From positions 14,136,001 to 14,200,000 of the forward strand of contig NC_135257.1 in assembly GCF_964204865.1 (NCBI RefSeq): a DNA stretch of 64,000 nt, given 5' to 3'. The DNA comes from Styela clava (Eukaryota). A program made the translations under genes and the position numbers. The notes under the pieces were generated by a model, which saw only the letters and a program-made list of their open reading frames with translations, was not told where the DNA came from and did not search any database. Each line of letters begins with the position of its first letter. The stretch's first letter is position 1. Shown here piece after piece: positions 1-12,664 of the stretch.

Positions 1-753
1 ATTTTTTCAATCTTAAATTGAATGCGCATTCTCAAGCAAGAAATGTTAAAAAATAAAATTTAATGATATAAGGGTGAAATTTGATATGTTTTTTGTGAAA
101 TTTGGTGTATAAATAGAATCAAAAAGAAATGATTATCACACACATCAATATTTTTCAGGCAGTAACGACTAACGAGCTTATTTTGAAATGGGTGTTTATG
201 AAAATAACTGAAGTGTAAAATATCCATGGGTTTAAGGAAAAAATCCGCTGTGAGTGGTGAAACCCACAATAACATGTTAGGAAACTATTCCAAACATCCA
301 GAGATTATGAAAACGCATTTAAAGCGAGATTCCGCTTAAAATTACTTGGTCAAAATAGTAACCTTCGCTCTAATTGCTCAGTGAAGGAATGTAAACAATG
401 CAATGTTTTGCAAAAATATCTAAATACTGCTCATAAATATTTTTTAAAAAAGAGAGATGATTCAGCTACTTTAAGTTCTAGAAATTTATTGTTAAAAATA
501 AGCTACATACCTTGCGTTGTCAAGCGGCAAACTTACAACGAAGGTAATGTATGTAATGAATGTACATTATAAATATGTAAGAACACGTGACATTGACTTG
601 AATAAGAAGATTCATATCGTGGTTTAGTTAACGATCATCAAATAATCTTACAATGTGTTATACATTTCTGGGATCTAATACTAAATTATGGAGGCAATAT
701 ATTGTTTCTGCAATTTTAGGTAACAAACAATAGTTGACATGACTAATAAATAG

Positions 754-910
754 ATCAATCAATCAATCAATCAATTTTATTCGGTCACTCTGATACAAAC
801 AAAACACAAAACAACAACAAAGGGACAAACAAAATACAGAGGACCTGGAGGACGGGCATAACTTGATAAAAAAAGTTAAATACGTACAATTACGTGCCCG
901 TTCCCCCATA
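754..910 (-). mobile_element. Probable 3' end of a CR1/L2-type LINE or LINE-mobilised SINE
   Basis: Minus strand ends ...CCGAATAAAATTGATTGATTGATTGATTGAT (AATAAA followed by a (TGAT)5 tail at 754-773), preceded by a hairpin with ACGGGCA/TGCCCGT arms (~852-901). The 5' boundary is not defined. Confidence 0.4.
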
Positions 911-1216
911 ACAGGCAAAACACAATAAAACAAAAACACGATGTGACATCGGGCAATATCTTATAATTCAAATTAAAATGTGAGACGTGTATGTGCTTTT
1001 CATATACAGATATATGGATTAAAGAACACTTGCTGACAAAAAATGGTGATGTTGTGGGCCTACTTCAATTATATTGCAAAAATAACACAGTGACAAATTT
1101 TTTTTTACTAAAAAACAAGCTTGGTAAATGGATTGGATGTTCCATAGCAGTCTATGCACAAATCATGGATTGGGGTTTTGTGTTATTTTGTCGTTTTCGG
1201 TTAGTTCACTTTAAAA

Positions 1217-1458
1217 TCATTGTATCCGTTCCAATGCTTCCAACATTAATATCGAATTTCCACGAACGACCACCATTCAGCCATTCCAACAGGTGCAGTG
1301 ATCCCATCTTTTCTACGCTCTGTTCCATTATACACGACTAGATTCATAAAAGGATCGAAACCTCGCAATATGCCCGTAACAAATCGTCCACCATTTAACT
1401 TTAAATCCAATCTTTTATCCATAAACTTCTTTAATTCTAGGGGATGGGCTTTGCTCAT
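1217..1458 (-). pseudogene. SNRPG: Intronless Sm protein G copy with an 8-bp frameshifting insertion
   Basis: [41 protein letters not shown] matches SmG. After ...APVGM an 8-nt insertion (plus 1273-1280) shifts the frame. Removing it restores [20 protein letters not shown] ending at 1217 (77 aa). Confidence 0.85.
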
Positions 1459-1964
1459 GTTGATATTGCGCGATACAGATTACAGATACCGAAACATACA
1501 ACGCGTAGCATTAACTAGTCTTTTCAAGCTGACACGTCCGCACCCGACGACGGTCGGAACGGAAGCAAATTTGTTACAACCTGAATGAGGTGGTAAGATA
1601 TATAACTTGTAATGGCACCATAGTTAGCGCTCTAACCACCTCGCCAACCGCCTTCACCAAATGCGTGTGCAACACTTCGATAAATTTAATGCAAATTCCC
1701 TTGTTACGTAATATATAAAGTGACATCTCGGTCGTCGAACATAATTTGTTTCGGATTAGTGTTCGACTACCGAATTGTTCGAGTACCGAAACAATGATAA
1801 TCATTTTAATCCGTTCTTACGCATTCTAAATTACCCAAATATTAACAAAACGTGTACCAACAACAATTATTATGTAAATGTGTACATAATAAAGATTAAA
1901 TATAACGAAGATAAAAATATAAAAAATAAATTTGTATCAGTTACGGTACATTTGAGCAAATTTC

Positions 1965-2422
1965 CAGGCTTGTCCATGGGAAACGTCCCATGGGATGGGA
2001 TGGGACAGCACAGATTTGTATTTCCCATGGGACACGTGGGACACGAAAATCGTATGATTTTCGGGGAAATGATGGTAAAACATTTCGGTATGGGTTTCAT
2101 ATCCATATATTTGAGCATAGCTCTCTTGTTAGTTATATATATATTCAACCAAATATATTCAGCATTAAAAATATACTTCGTAAGGGGGCTGATGGACGCA
2201 TGTATAATAGTTATGAATATAAAGTTAACAAAGTCGGTAATTTTGTTGTTTTGCATGGCCATTCGTACATGTAGTCCTATTTAGTAGACGCTAAACCTAA
2301 ATTTACCAAGTTTTATTAAAATTTATTTCAATGGGAATCCCATGGGATGGGGTGGGAAAGGCATAATTGCTATTTGATGGGATTGGAATAGGACAGAAAA
2401 ATATGTCCCATGGACAAGTCTG
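1965..2422. mobile_element. hAT-type MITE
   Basis: TIRs CAGGCTTGTCCATGGGA / TCCCATGGACAAGTCTG; perfect 8-bp TSD CAAATTTC (1957-1964, 2423-2430); subterminal ATGGG repeats. Confidence 0.92.
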
Positions 2423-4328
2423 CAAATTTCTGTGGGTCCCAGGATTTTTATTTAAGTGCGATGACGTCATCAAAATTGCGCACCTTATTGCGGGCACGCT
2501 TTCGCGTTTATCGTGATATTACCGTAGCTGTAATTTATCGTGACAGATTGCATACTCGTTTTGGCTTTCGTGAGCATAGCTGCCTTGTTAAATGATCAAG
2601 AGGTAGTCGAAATGTGCGTTCGGGCGACGTCGGATGACGTCAGACGACGGATTATGCATCCACTGCCCACAGAAAATAACAAAATGCTGAATGGTAGATG
2701 GACAATTTTATTATTTAACAATTTCTTGCAGAGCGACTTGAAAACAAAAATTCAAACTACAGTATATTGCTTCACCGTATTCAGTCAACGGCGTATTTCT
2801 CTCTAGCTCCGTTGTCTGGTTGTCTGACAGCATACAAAAAGCTAGTTTTACACTAAATACCTGCGTTCCCCATTTACTTGATTTTTATTTATCAACAGGT
2901 TGAAACAGGTTTTTTTGCGCACCAGCAGTGAAAAACTACAAATCTTCAGTTATGAAAATAATTTACAACTTATATTAATTCCGCAATGAAAGAGTGGGGT
3001 TGGTGCTGTACAGCCAAAAATATGTATATACAACCAAGTCCTATACATATTGAGACAACTAAATATATATGCATATACAGCCAATGACACGTGCATTACA
3101 GGATTTTACAGAAAACTTGCACCAGCACATGATATGAACGATCAGCTGTTTCGGGGCTTTGTGATATCAAACCTGTTGTACTCTTTACTACCAATGGCCA
3201 AACCAAGAGAATATAAATATTGTTGTTATCACCATCAGATTCCTATTGTTATGAGCATTCATATATTGTGAGTTGTTATGGCATCATAGACTGCAACCTC
3301 TTGTACACGAACAACTAAATTGGGTGGCTTTATATATAAGTTGCCTGTATATGTATATTTTTCATGTGTATGTTACCAACCTATTGATTGCGACCTCTTA
3401 ATGTTGACCGGTATCTATTCTTACATGGGCATAAGTTTCATAAGATGATTTTTCATGAAATGTAGTTATTATTTTCTTTGCCAATTGGTTTTTAATTGAA
3501 TCTGTGATATTTATTCAATCTTTTTGTCTTTCACACAAACCATATTTGAATAATATAAATATTGTTAAAATATTTTTATGCATGGTAGATTTGAATTATC
3601 ACGGCTTAGGTTCAATGTGCTTTTAAGCAGCAAACCACCAGACATTCGTGCAATGATCACTCCCGACAAATACTATGGTGTATTACGAAGTATTGCTACG
3701 GGAAGTAAACCTTCTTGTTTTAGTTTCAGAGTACTTAGAATAAATATTGTTCATGATATGCGCAATATTGCGACACAGTAAACGAGAATTGTGTCGCGTT
3801 ACAGGGGAAAGGTAATGGTCGAAAAAACGTTAAATTCAACGATGATTTCTATTTTCAGTAAATCTAGTGAGACTCTATTTTATTAGCACAAACACGTGTT
3901 GTTAGAAATATAAATAGGTCTAGATAATTATGTCGAATATTACGCGTTATTGTTAGAGTTTTTTTATTACATTAATACTTGTGGAACGCGGATAGTCTAC
4001 ATACACATGTAATGCTTGTGAAACAATCATACCTCTGGGAATAGTACAGCTTTACAATAGTCTGATGACCGTGCTGTATGTCATTTTCATTTCTACTTGC
4101 TCGTCATAGCAAAACTTTTTCTGTGTATTAAACCGGGATCACCGGAATAAACACCACGAATTCAGAGTTTGGAGGTAAGTAGCCAGAGAGCATCCCCATT
4201 TAATTTCACAATCCCGACTACATACTTCTATATAAATCGGTTTCCTTTGTGTTTCACTTAATAATTTACCTTAACTATCATAGACGATTATAGAATAATC
4301 TTGTAGTTTGATTTGTGCTATTGGCAAA

Positions 4329-6551
4329 ATGAATTTTATAGTTTTTATTGTGGGATTTATAATGATTACGACGGACTATCATTCAGTTCATGGAACTGGG
4401 ACAGCTGCAGCAAATGGTAAGTTATTCCTTAATCAAATTGTAGTGGTAATATTTAAAGATTGGCAAGACGTAAAATACTTGTGGAATGTTAAACTTTCAA
4501 AATACAAGCTAAATCTACGTCAAAGCTCTCAGATGATAAAATCAAAGTATGTGGGATAGTTTTATACACTATGATGTATTGAACTTTTTCCTAATTCCCT
4601 CAAAGCAAAATCAACTTAATATATTTATGGGTGAGCCAACCAACAGCCACGTATAAATTGCACAACGCTCATATATATATGTATACATGGTTAATGTATT
4701 GTGTATGAGATTTGTTGGTGTTCTCTTCATAGCTGCCTCAATGAATATTATGTATTTTGGTTTGAAAAACAATTAATCATTTTTAGTTATCAATCAAAAC
4801 TCATTAAATAACTTCACAACCCATAAGAACTATCAGGATATTGCTGATTTAGAAATTAATGCAATCAATAAATTCATATTCTAAATTAATTTTAATTTCC
4901 GTATAATGTATTATTCCGTATATTTGATATTGAATTGTAAATTCATTCAGACTATACGCTGAAGATGTAGTGACCTAGACATGATGTAATGTCGGTAATG
5001 TTATAGTTTTATATGATTAAGGTCATGCGAGGCCAATTAATCAGCAGACAACATTTCTCCTTGTCAAATCACGGATTGCTTATCTGGTGCCATAATACGT
5101 AAACGCCTTTTCTCTCACTTTCAATTAAACTTGTAATAATTGTGATTATTACGTGAGTCGATTGATCGCACTGAAAAACTATGTTTGACTGATCTTTGCT
5201 AGATATTTTGCCGTGTGTCATTGCCGAAAAAATTTACTATCATGAATAACTGTAATTAATATCATACGTTTAAAATCATCTTACGCTGAGGATAGGTAGA
5301 AAGTACTTTTACAAGAAACTTTGATATACTATAATCATAAATTTTGAGTAAAGTCAATATATCATAAATAGTGTATATATAAACTGAAATAAAATATCAT
5401 TCGGGGGTACTCCTGAAGTATGCGCACCAAGATGTCGCATAACCTGAACCCTAACCTGGTACACATACTATGTTCCGGTTGTGCGCCATCTTGATGCACG
5501 CACATACTTCAGGAGGTCCCATTCGAGTCTATTGCAAAAATTGATATTTTTATGAAAATTTTTTAAATAAATGGCATGCTATATAATATATTCAAAAGAT
5601 AGAACAAAAATACGTTACAACATTGAAACGCAATGTAAATTGCGTTGCCACATTAAACTAATAAACAATAAAAGCGGATAATACAGTTAATTAACTTAAT
5701 GTATAGCATTTAGATACAAAAAAACGTCATTAGTGTCAGAAAATGAAAATCTTAGAAATTTTGGCAAATATGTATTCTGGGATTTATGACTTTCAATTTT
5801 CCAATTGTCGATGGAAAAATCTTTAATTATCTTTAATTTTAAGGATAAATTTTATACTTAGGCGTCCAGTTAAATATATTTCTGTTCAGATTGCAGATAT
5901 TTATAATAACATAACACTGTCGACCATGGCCTCGGAGAGCTTGTGAATTAGGCAAAAATAAGGAAAATAAAAACTTCTGATATTCGTAGCGACTGTGCTA
6001 TATTTTTCATATTATTTTAAATCAATGTTACTTGCTAGATGTGTCAAACGCTTGGACATCATGGTCACCATGCAGCGTAAGTTGTGGAACAGGAATTGTT
6101 TTTAGACGACGAGGAAGAGAATCTGATTCCAAAGGATGCAATATTGAAGAATGCCCGACGACAAGTAGGTGATCAATAGACAATAGTTAACTTAATGTAC
6201 TATGTTATGCAATTTTTCATTAGAAAAATAATGAAATAAAATAATAAAACTAATTTTATCCCATCGGCACAAACTGCTCAATTTTTGTTAAAAATAAATC
6301 ATTATTTAAATTATTCAAATTATTCATTATTACAGAATTAAAAGATTTCTTCACGGGTCAACATACATATAAATATTTATTTTATTTTTTGTTCTATTCC
6401 AGCTGATCTTCCGAAACAATCGACGCCACACGATTCTCAATTTTCTTCAACTACTTCAAATGGAGATGACGGGTTTACGTCGAAGCAACACTTCTACTCA
6501 TCATCTTTTTACAAGATCATACTTTCGTTATTTTTGTATTTTGCTTATTAA
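4329..6551 (+). CDS. Small secreted, possibly GPI-anchored protein with one thrombospondin type-1 repeat (~120 aa)
   Basis: Exons 4329-4416 (signal-like MNFIVFIVGFIMITT), 6039-6164 (AWTSWSPCSVSCGTGIVFRRR...GCNIEECP, TSP1 motif) and 6403-6551 (S/T-rich stalk, hydrophobic tail FYKIILSLFLYFAY*). Both introns are GT-AG, phase 1. Confidence 0.8.
5406..5519. mobile_element. Short GG..CC (Merlin-like) MITE
   Basis: Imperfect TIR GGTACTCCTGAAGTATG..CATACTTCAGGAGGTCC; 8-bp TSD CATTCGGG/CATTCGAG; same family as 32522-32757. Confidence 0.7.
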
Positions 6552-7097
6552 TCTTTAAAACCATATCGATTTGAAAAATTTTATTTAAGAAAATTCAACA
6601 TTTTTATGTGAATACTGTATAATGTATCAAATCCTTTCATTACAACTATCGCATATTCAATTCTTGGGTATTAAACTATGCAAACAAAGTATAAAAAAGG
6701 TAGATGGGTATGTCCAACATTTTTGTTCTTTTAATATTTTTTTACAAAACGTTTTTAAAGCTCCGATAACAAGGAAATAAATACAACATTTGAACAAATC
6801 CCTCAATTAGTAAGAAAATTATTTTCCCAAAACAAAATTCAGTCTTTTGATAAATAAAAGTTCAATTATGTGGAAATGAATCCCATGTAAAGTGAATATA
6901 TTTCTTTTCTTTTTATAAATGATAGTTACTGCATAAAAAGTTACTGCAATCGTGACTGTTATGTAATGATTTTCATCTGTTTATTCCAGCAAATCTAAAT
7001 CAATGTTATGTTCCACAGTCCCTACTGTCTTTACATATTTCATTATTTCAATATATTCGTACTTGGCTCCTATTTGTGTTTGATATTTGTTCCGAGT

Positions 7098-10000
7098 TTA
7101 GTCGAATTCACCATCTGTTGATAAATCATATTCTAAAATAAATATAAATAGTGTTATATATATTATTAAAAACCTTACGTCATTTATTCGTATTAAGTCA
7201 TATATACAACGTGATAGCATTCCATTATCTCATATCGCAATCCTGATTGACCCTACAAAATAGCAATTTTTAGGTAATTAATTCGTATCAAATCATATAC
7301 AACACGATAGCATTCTATTGTGTTATAATATCGCAACCCTGATTGACCCTTCAACATAGCAGTTTTGTATGTTTGTGGGCTATACTACAAAAAACTACCA
7401 ATAAAATTAGTTTTTCAAGATCTGCGAGCCGGGCTTCGGATTGAACACATATCACATGAACTGGAATCATCGCAGATATATATTTACCTTCATTAGTATT
7501 GAAATTCAAGTCATCTTCTATTTCGCTTAAGTCGTCGTCTCCCCAAACTTCTGTCTCCTTTTCCATCATTTTTTTCTTCTGAAAAATAATTTATTTTGAC
7601 CTAATTTACACAATGTAATTTCTTTATTCTGAGAATCACTTATCAAGTCTTACCCGTTCTTGTACTTTGTGAGCACGGTCTTCTCTTCGTTTTTGCCGAG
7701 CTACTATGGAATGACGTTCCTGCTCACGAAGTTTTTCAGCTTGAACTTGCTTCAATACAAGCTGAGAAATATACTACTGCCTTATTATAAACTTTCTTAC
7801 TGTATGACATTTGGTATTCTTATTATGATCATGCGACTAAACAATTTTGCAATAGCATGATTATATCACATATCGTCACGCTAATAACCGAATTGCGTAA
7901 GTCATTTTTAGCAGTTTCGAGAAAAACGTAAAAAACTTCCTAATGATATTGTTATGCCATTTAGAGTCAATCATTTGCCATGGTTCAATTTTTTGATCGT
8001 AGCCGGATTTAAGTTAATTTGTATGACGCAGTTAAGTGACGTCATAATGGCGCACTGTGACTTAGGCAGAAATGTGTCTATGACTTGGGGACATACGCAA
8101 TTTTGCAACTTTACTATATGCACCAGTTCTGAAAACTAAACATTCCAGAAACGAATGTAATTCTCAGTATCTACAATGTCTAATCCCCAAAATAGCTAAT
8201 CTGTTTTAATTACATTATTTTTCATGTTTAAAAATATATATTTCATCAATATAACACGTTCTGCAAACCCACCGAAATAAGACTAAGATTAAATATAAAG
8301 AATAAAACAGTAATGCACCCAATATAAAAGCCAACCAAGGTGAATTGGACTCGGACAGTGAATATCACAAGTGCACGTCTTCCTATACTGTAGTATAAAT
8401 TCAAATTAATACGCGCTAAGCTAGAATCCGAGATGCAAAAACTCGAAAATACTTCGGCGAGGTTATTTTGCCTTTGTGACGTCACAATAGTCCTGCTGGA
8501 ACACTGATAATTCATTATGACGAAACAATTGCACAAACGTGCATGTCATACTAAATCTCCATTTTTAGGGGTTTCGGAATTCTTAAAATAAAATCTGAGT
8601 TAACAGACAGGTGCGCAGCATTACATAAATACCTATTTTATGAAAAACTCAAAATCATCAAAAATGACTTACGCAATTCGGTTATTAGCGTGACGATATT
8701 ATACTATATAAATATTTCAATTCGTAACTGTGTCAAATTTCAATTTGGCTAAAACAGGCTTGTCGCCACTTTGTTATCACTCTATGTGCTGAGAAAACGG
8801 TATTTACGAATCCCCTCGGGTTTAATATGTTATTCTTGATGGACAAGTCAAATATTTCCTCTTTCTCTAGTGCAGAACAAAAAACAAAATCATTCATTCT
8901 AAGTAATAAAAATAATAGGGCACTAATGAGAATATTTCTGAATGCTAAGTGAATGCGAAATACGAGAAGGCTTAAAGTAAATATGTCGTGCTGCATGAAA
9001 TATATAATCTACGATAAAAAGTTTTCAAATTGAATGGCAAAAAAATATTTTGTGAAAAGTAATCAAAAAAATACTTTCATTCGAGATTCCATTTCAGATA
9101 GAAATCGTTCTGATTGGTATAGGTCATAGGATAAGCAAACAAGAACAGTAGGTATTAGTTATATTACGTTTAAATATCATCCTTTTATAATTAAAAATGA
9201 CGCGGCCACAAACCTGCCTAATCTGTTCATTCCTGTTTAAATTTGAGCCAAAAGGCTCTAGCGTTGATTTTGTATTTTTTGATACTTCCAGTCGTGACTA
9301 AAATATAACAAATATTGAGTTATTTCGACAATATGGAAAAGAACATTTTTCCCATATCTCAAGTTCACAACATTATCCCAAACCGATACTGTGAATACCT
9401 TACTTTGATGATATTCAGTGCTTTTGTGTATTATACGAATCCAACTCAAACGCGCTAATTCCATAAAAATATATAAAAAAATTGATATTATTGATTTCCT
9501 GATCGGATTTCCAGTTGTTGATTACAATTTATTATCTCTTACTATTAGTATTAAGCTGACAATTGTTATGTTTACCGTTAAACGCTTCGGTGGATGACTT
9601 CTTATAATACTTTTTGACGATGTTGGTATATTGAACGATATGCCTGAAATTAGAAGAATGTGTATTATAGGGGTAAAAGATCATTCACGCTATTTTTCAC
9701 GCAGCGAAGATTGAATTCTTTATCACTACTCCGCGTTAAAAATGAAATTTTGGTATAAATTGAGACATATATATATATTAATACTTGTAGTACCAGCGAC
9801 AAAATTGCAAGTTATATTAAATTCAGTTGATATAAATTTCGAATAAAAATGTGTAGCAGTCAATGGCGTGTTATTTAAATATACTGCTGATAATGAAATA
9901 TATTTGAGTTATGTTATTTTTTAGAGCATAGATCTGTGAATAACAAAACTTACCCTTCTTTGGTATGATATGATTTGCGATTTGTTCCTCGTCTGCAGAC

Positions 10001-10137
10001 TTCACTATTTCTTCCGTTTCTAAACTGATACCACTATCACCTGAAATTCGTTTTTGCCTGCTACCCTGTGATACATGATTTCCCACACGATTCGATGAGT
10101 TTGCCGGTTCCACTGATTTGCTGGAGAAGCAACCCAT
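7098..10137 (-). CDS. N-myristoylated CCDC198/STMND1-like protein (153 aa)
   Basis: Exons 10137-9954, 9643-9576, 9297-9214, 7578-7488, 7132-7098 with consistent phases. Starts MGCFSSK, contains SFNIPTSSKSIIRSHPPKRL (compare FDIP...SIIKRHPPQRL of CCDC198, from memory) and ends in an acidic tail ...TDGEFD*. Confidence 0.75.
7184..7366. repeat. Diverged ~95-bp tandem duplication in an intron
   Basis: ATTCGTAT..CATATACAAC..GATAGCATTC..ATATCGCAA.CCTGATTGACCCT..ATAGCA.TTTT occurs twice. Confidence 0.7.
7640..7800 (+). mobile_element. Decayed CR1/L2 LINE ORF2 C-terminal fragment
   Basis: With frameshifts it reads ARSSLRFCRA-LWNDVPAHEVF-SLNLLQYKLRNILL, resembling the ..LWNxLP...SLxxFKxKLKxxLL end of CR1/L2 ORF2. 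Confidence 0.45.
7873..8696. mobile_element. Non-autonomous TIR DNA element flanked by TA
   Basis: ~37-bp TIR TCGTCACGCTAATAACCGAATTGCGTAAGTCATTTTT at both ends, TA on each side; lies in an intron. Confidence 0.88.
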
Positions 10138-12664
10138 TTTACTCACATATTTTTTTTCAAATTGTCATCCGAAGTTCTGTAGTATCACTGTACAACACCA
10201 GTTTCACTAGCTACTGGTTCTTTGGAATTTGCTTGGATTACATTGTATAAAGCTTGTTGTTCTTTGTGACACTTCGTGAATGAGATTACGTGTCAGCGCC
10301 GACTATTGTTTCCATACTGTCATACTGATAAACTTGTAAAGGTATCTTCACCTCTTGTGTGTATATAGAAAACTAATATTGCCTACTATATTAAACTATA
10401 CGTAACTATCGCATCACGAATAACGTAACAACCCCAGCTGATTGCGCCTTGGCGTATAGAGGGCTTCTAGCGCCTACCTGTTATAAACCGCCCTTCTCTC
10501 TATAGCTTGCATGGCAGAAATCGGGTTCGAGTATCATATAATTGAGGTTCGATAGTTGACTGTCGACCTTGCAGCTTCATTAGATTTCCATATCTTTTAA
10601 TTTACGATTTAATTTGCGCGCAATTTGTTGTAAGTCATTCATCTGTCTGAAATTGCCCTCTATAGTCCGTTAAACATTTAGGCTAAAATATTAACTTCCT
10701 GATGATGTTTGCTCGGGCTCATCCTTGACTATGCATTCAATAATAGATGACATATAGGGTGAATCTTGCAGAAATTGTAGATGAGTACACAATCAATATG
10801 ATACAACTTAATAAAAACTGACATATGTCCATATTGACATTCTGTGTCCAATATTGAGGTAGAGGTCAAAAAGTTACTGAAATGTTTATTCTTTTACCTC
10901 ACACAGTCATTAATATTAATTCCAGTGGATTATCAATTTGTTTGGCTGATAAACAATATAATTTACTGATGACACAATTCATTTCCGGGATTAATTAAAA
11001 TTAGTAAATTAGGCTACATACGATAAAAAAAATCGGAGTAAGCACTTTGTTTTGTCACTTCATGCATTGCATAAACATGATTACATCAAAACTGTTATCA
11101 TTAAGCCGGGCACTCAACTTATTTCTAAAAGATCCAATTGCTGAGTTAGCACGATCAGCCACCAATAATGTAGGTTAAATAGTTTTAAGTAAATCATTCT
11201 CAACTTTCCTTGGTCTGTTTGTTGATTTCGCAGAGAATTGGGATTGCGAAAACCCACAAACGAGAAAATCACAGGTTATCTTTGTCGATAGCATGTTTAA
11301 TTGTCCACCATGGGGTTAGTATTTCGGAACTGAATTGGAGAATTTGGGATCTTGATTTTACGATAGAGTTATGTGCAACATGAAAAGTGGGAAAAGCGGA
11401 AAACTCCTCTGCATACAAGGTAGACAGAGAAGATTCACAACAGATGAGCTTCCGAGTTTGTTAAGAGTGCATCAAAATTACAAAATGCCATCTGCGAACC
11501 ATGATTTTGACACAATATTTCGTTTGGGGCTTCTTATTTCATGTTGCTCTCAAAATAACGATACAGAAAAGTGACTTTTCTATTGGTTTGTTGTTAAAAG
11601 GTAAGCATGCAATTTTAAATTCTGTCACATAGTTCTTGTTTCAAGGAGTTGCTATCATTCAAGAATAGATAATTACCCGCAGAATCTTAACTCCGACAAT
11701 GCTCGAAACTAAACAGACCAAAGTTGTGAGGAGTGGGTGGAAAAATATAATCAGATAAAATGTTTGATAAAAGTAAAGTTCTTTAATGAAATTCCGGTAT
11801 TAGATGGAAATCTATGAGAAAAGGTTTAAATCCAAGGAATTTGGGATCGGGCTAACCCAATTTAGAACGTCAAGATCAGTAGCTTTTCAGCAACAGGAGA
11901 TGAGGATTCAGCGAGAAGATTGCTATGTAAATCCTATCCCATCAAACATGGCGAATGATCAAATACTAGTCGCCATAAGGCGCGAGAGAGAAGAAATGGA
12001 AATCCGCCCAAGATTTCTCATGTATCTTGCCAGAATTGGAGCCAGCAGTTTACCTTATATCTTGGATTAATTTTAGAATTGTTTTAAAATTTTCGCTTTC
12101 CTTATTATATAAATTATTTTGGCATTTTTCATTTATTTAAGAGATAAAATGGTCGACAAATTTAGTATTTAAATTAGTATTTTGTAGAAATAGAGGATCG
12201 TTCTAACCAACAGATCTGTCAACCATGAATTACGGTACCAGCTTGCTTGAACATGTGTTGTGTGGATCGGTGTCTGTGAAGAAGGTTTTGGAGGGGTTTG
12301 GATTATATCATTGTATCAATGCTCTGTTTCTATTCCTTACTACTGTACTGTACATCATTTATTATTTGTGAATATTGCAACATAGGGTCAGTAGAGTACT
12401 TTACAATCACTGAATCAACTTTATTTTTTCTGAAGTCAGCAACTAGATCATTGCATTATTCCAGGTTGTGTTTTATTTAGTCAGTATATTTAGACATTCT
12501 GACATTCACACATTGCTTCACTGATCTGACTCTACATCGGGTTTTAGTTTTTATTCCCCGACTCTGTGACTGGAAGTTTTATCACTGAGAACACTTTCTG
12601 ACTTTGTACAAATCCTGTTGAACGAAGAAAGATATTGCCAATTCTGCAATTAGAATAAAGAATC

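Noticed and set aside
1775-2284. 169-aa and antisense 130-aa ORFs
   Set aside because: They run through the hAT MITE 1965-2422 and show no protein-like features.
3050-3560. 73-aa ORF with a faint LINE ORF2 C-terminal look
   Set aside because: Too degenerate to support either a gene or a repeat call.
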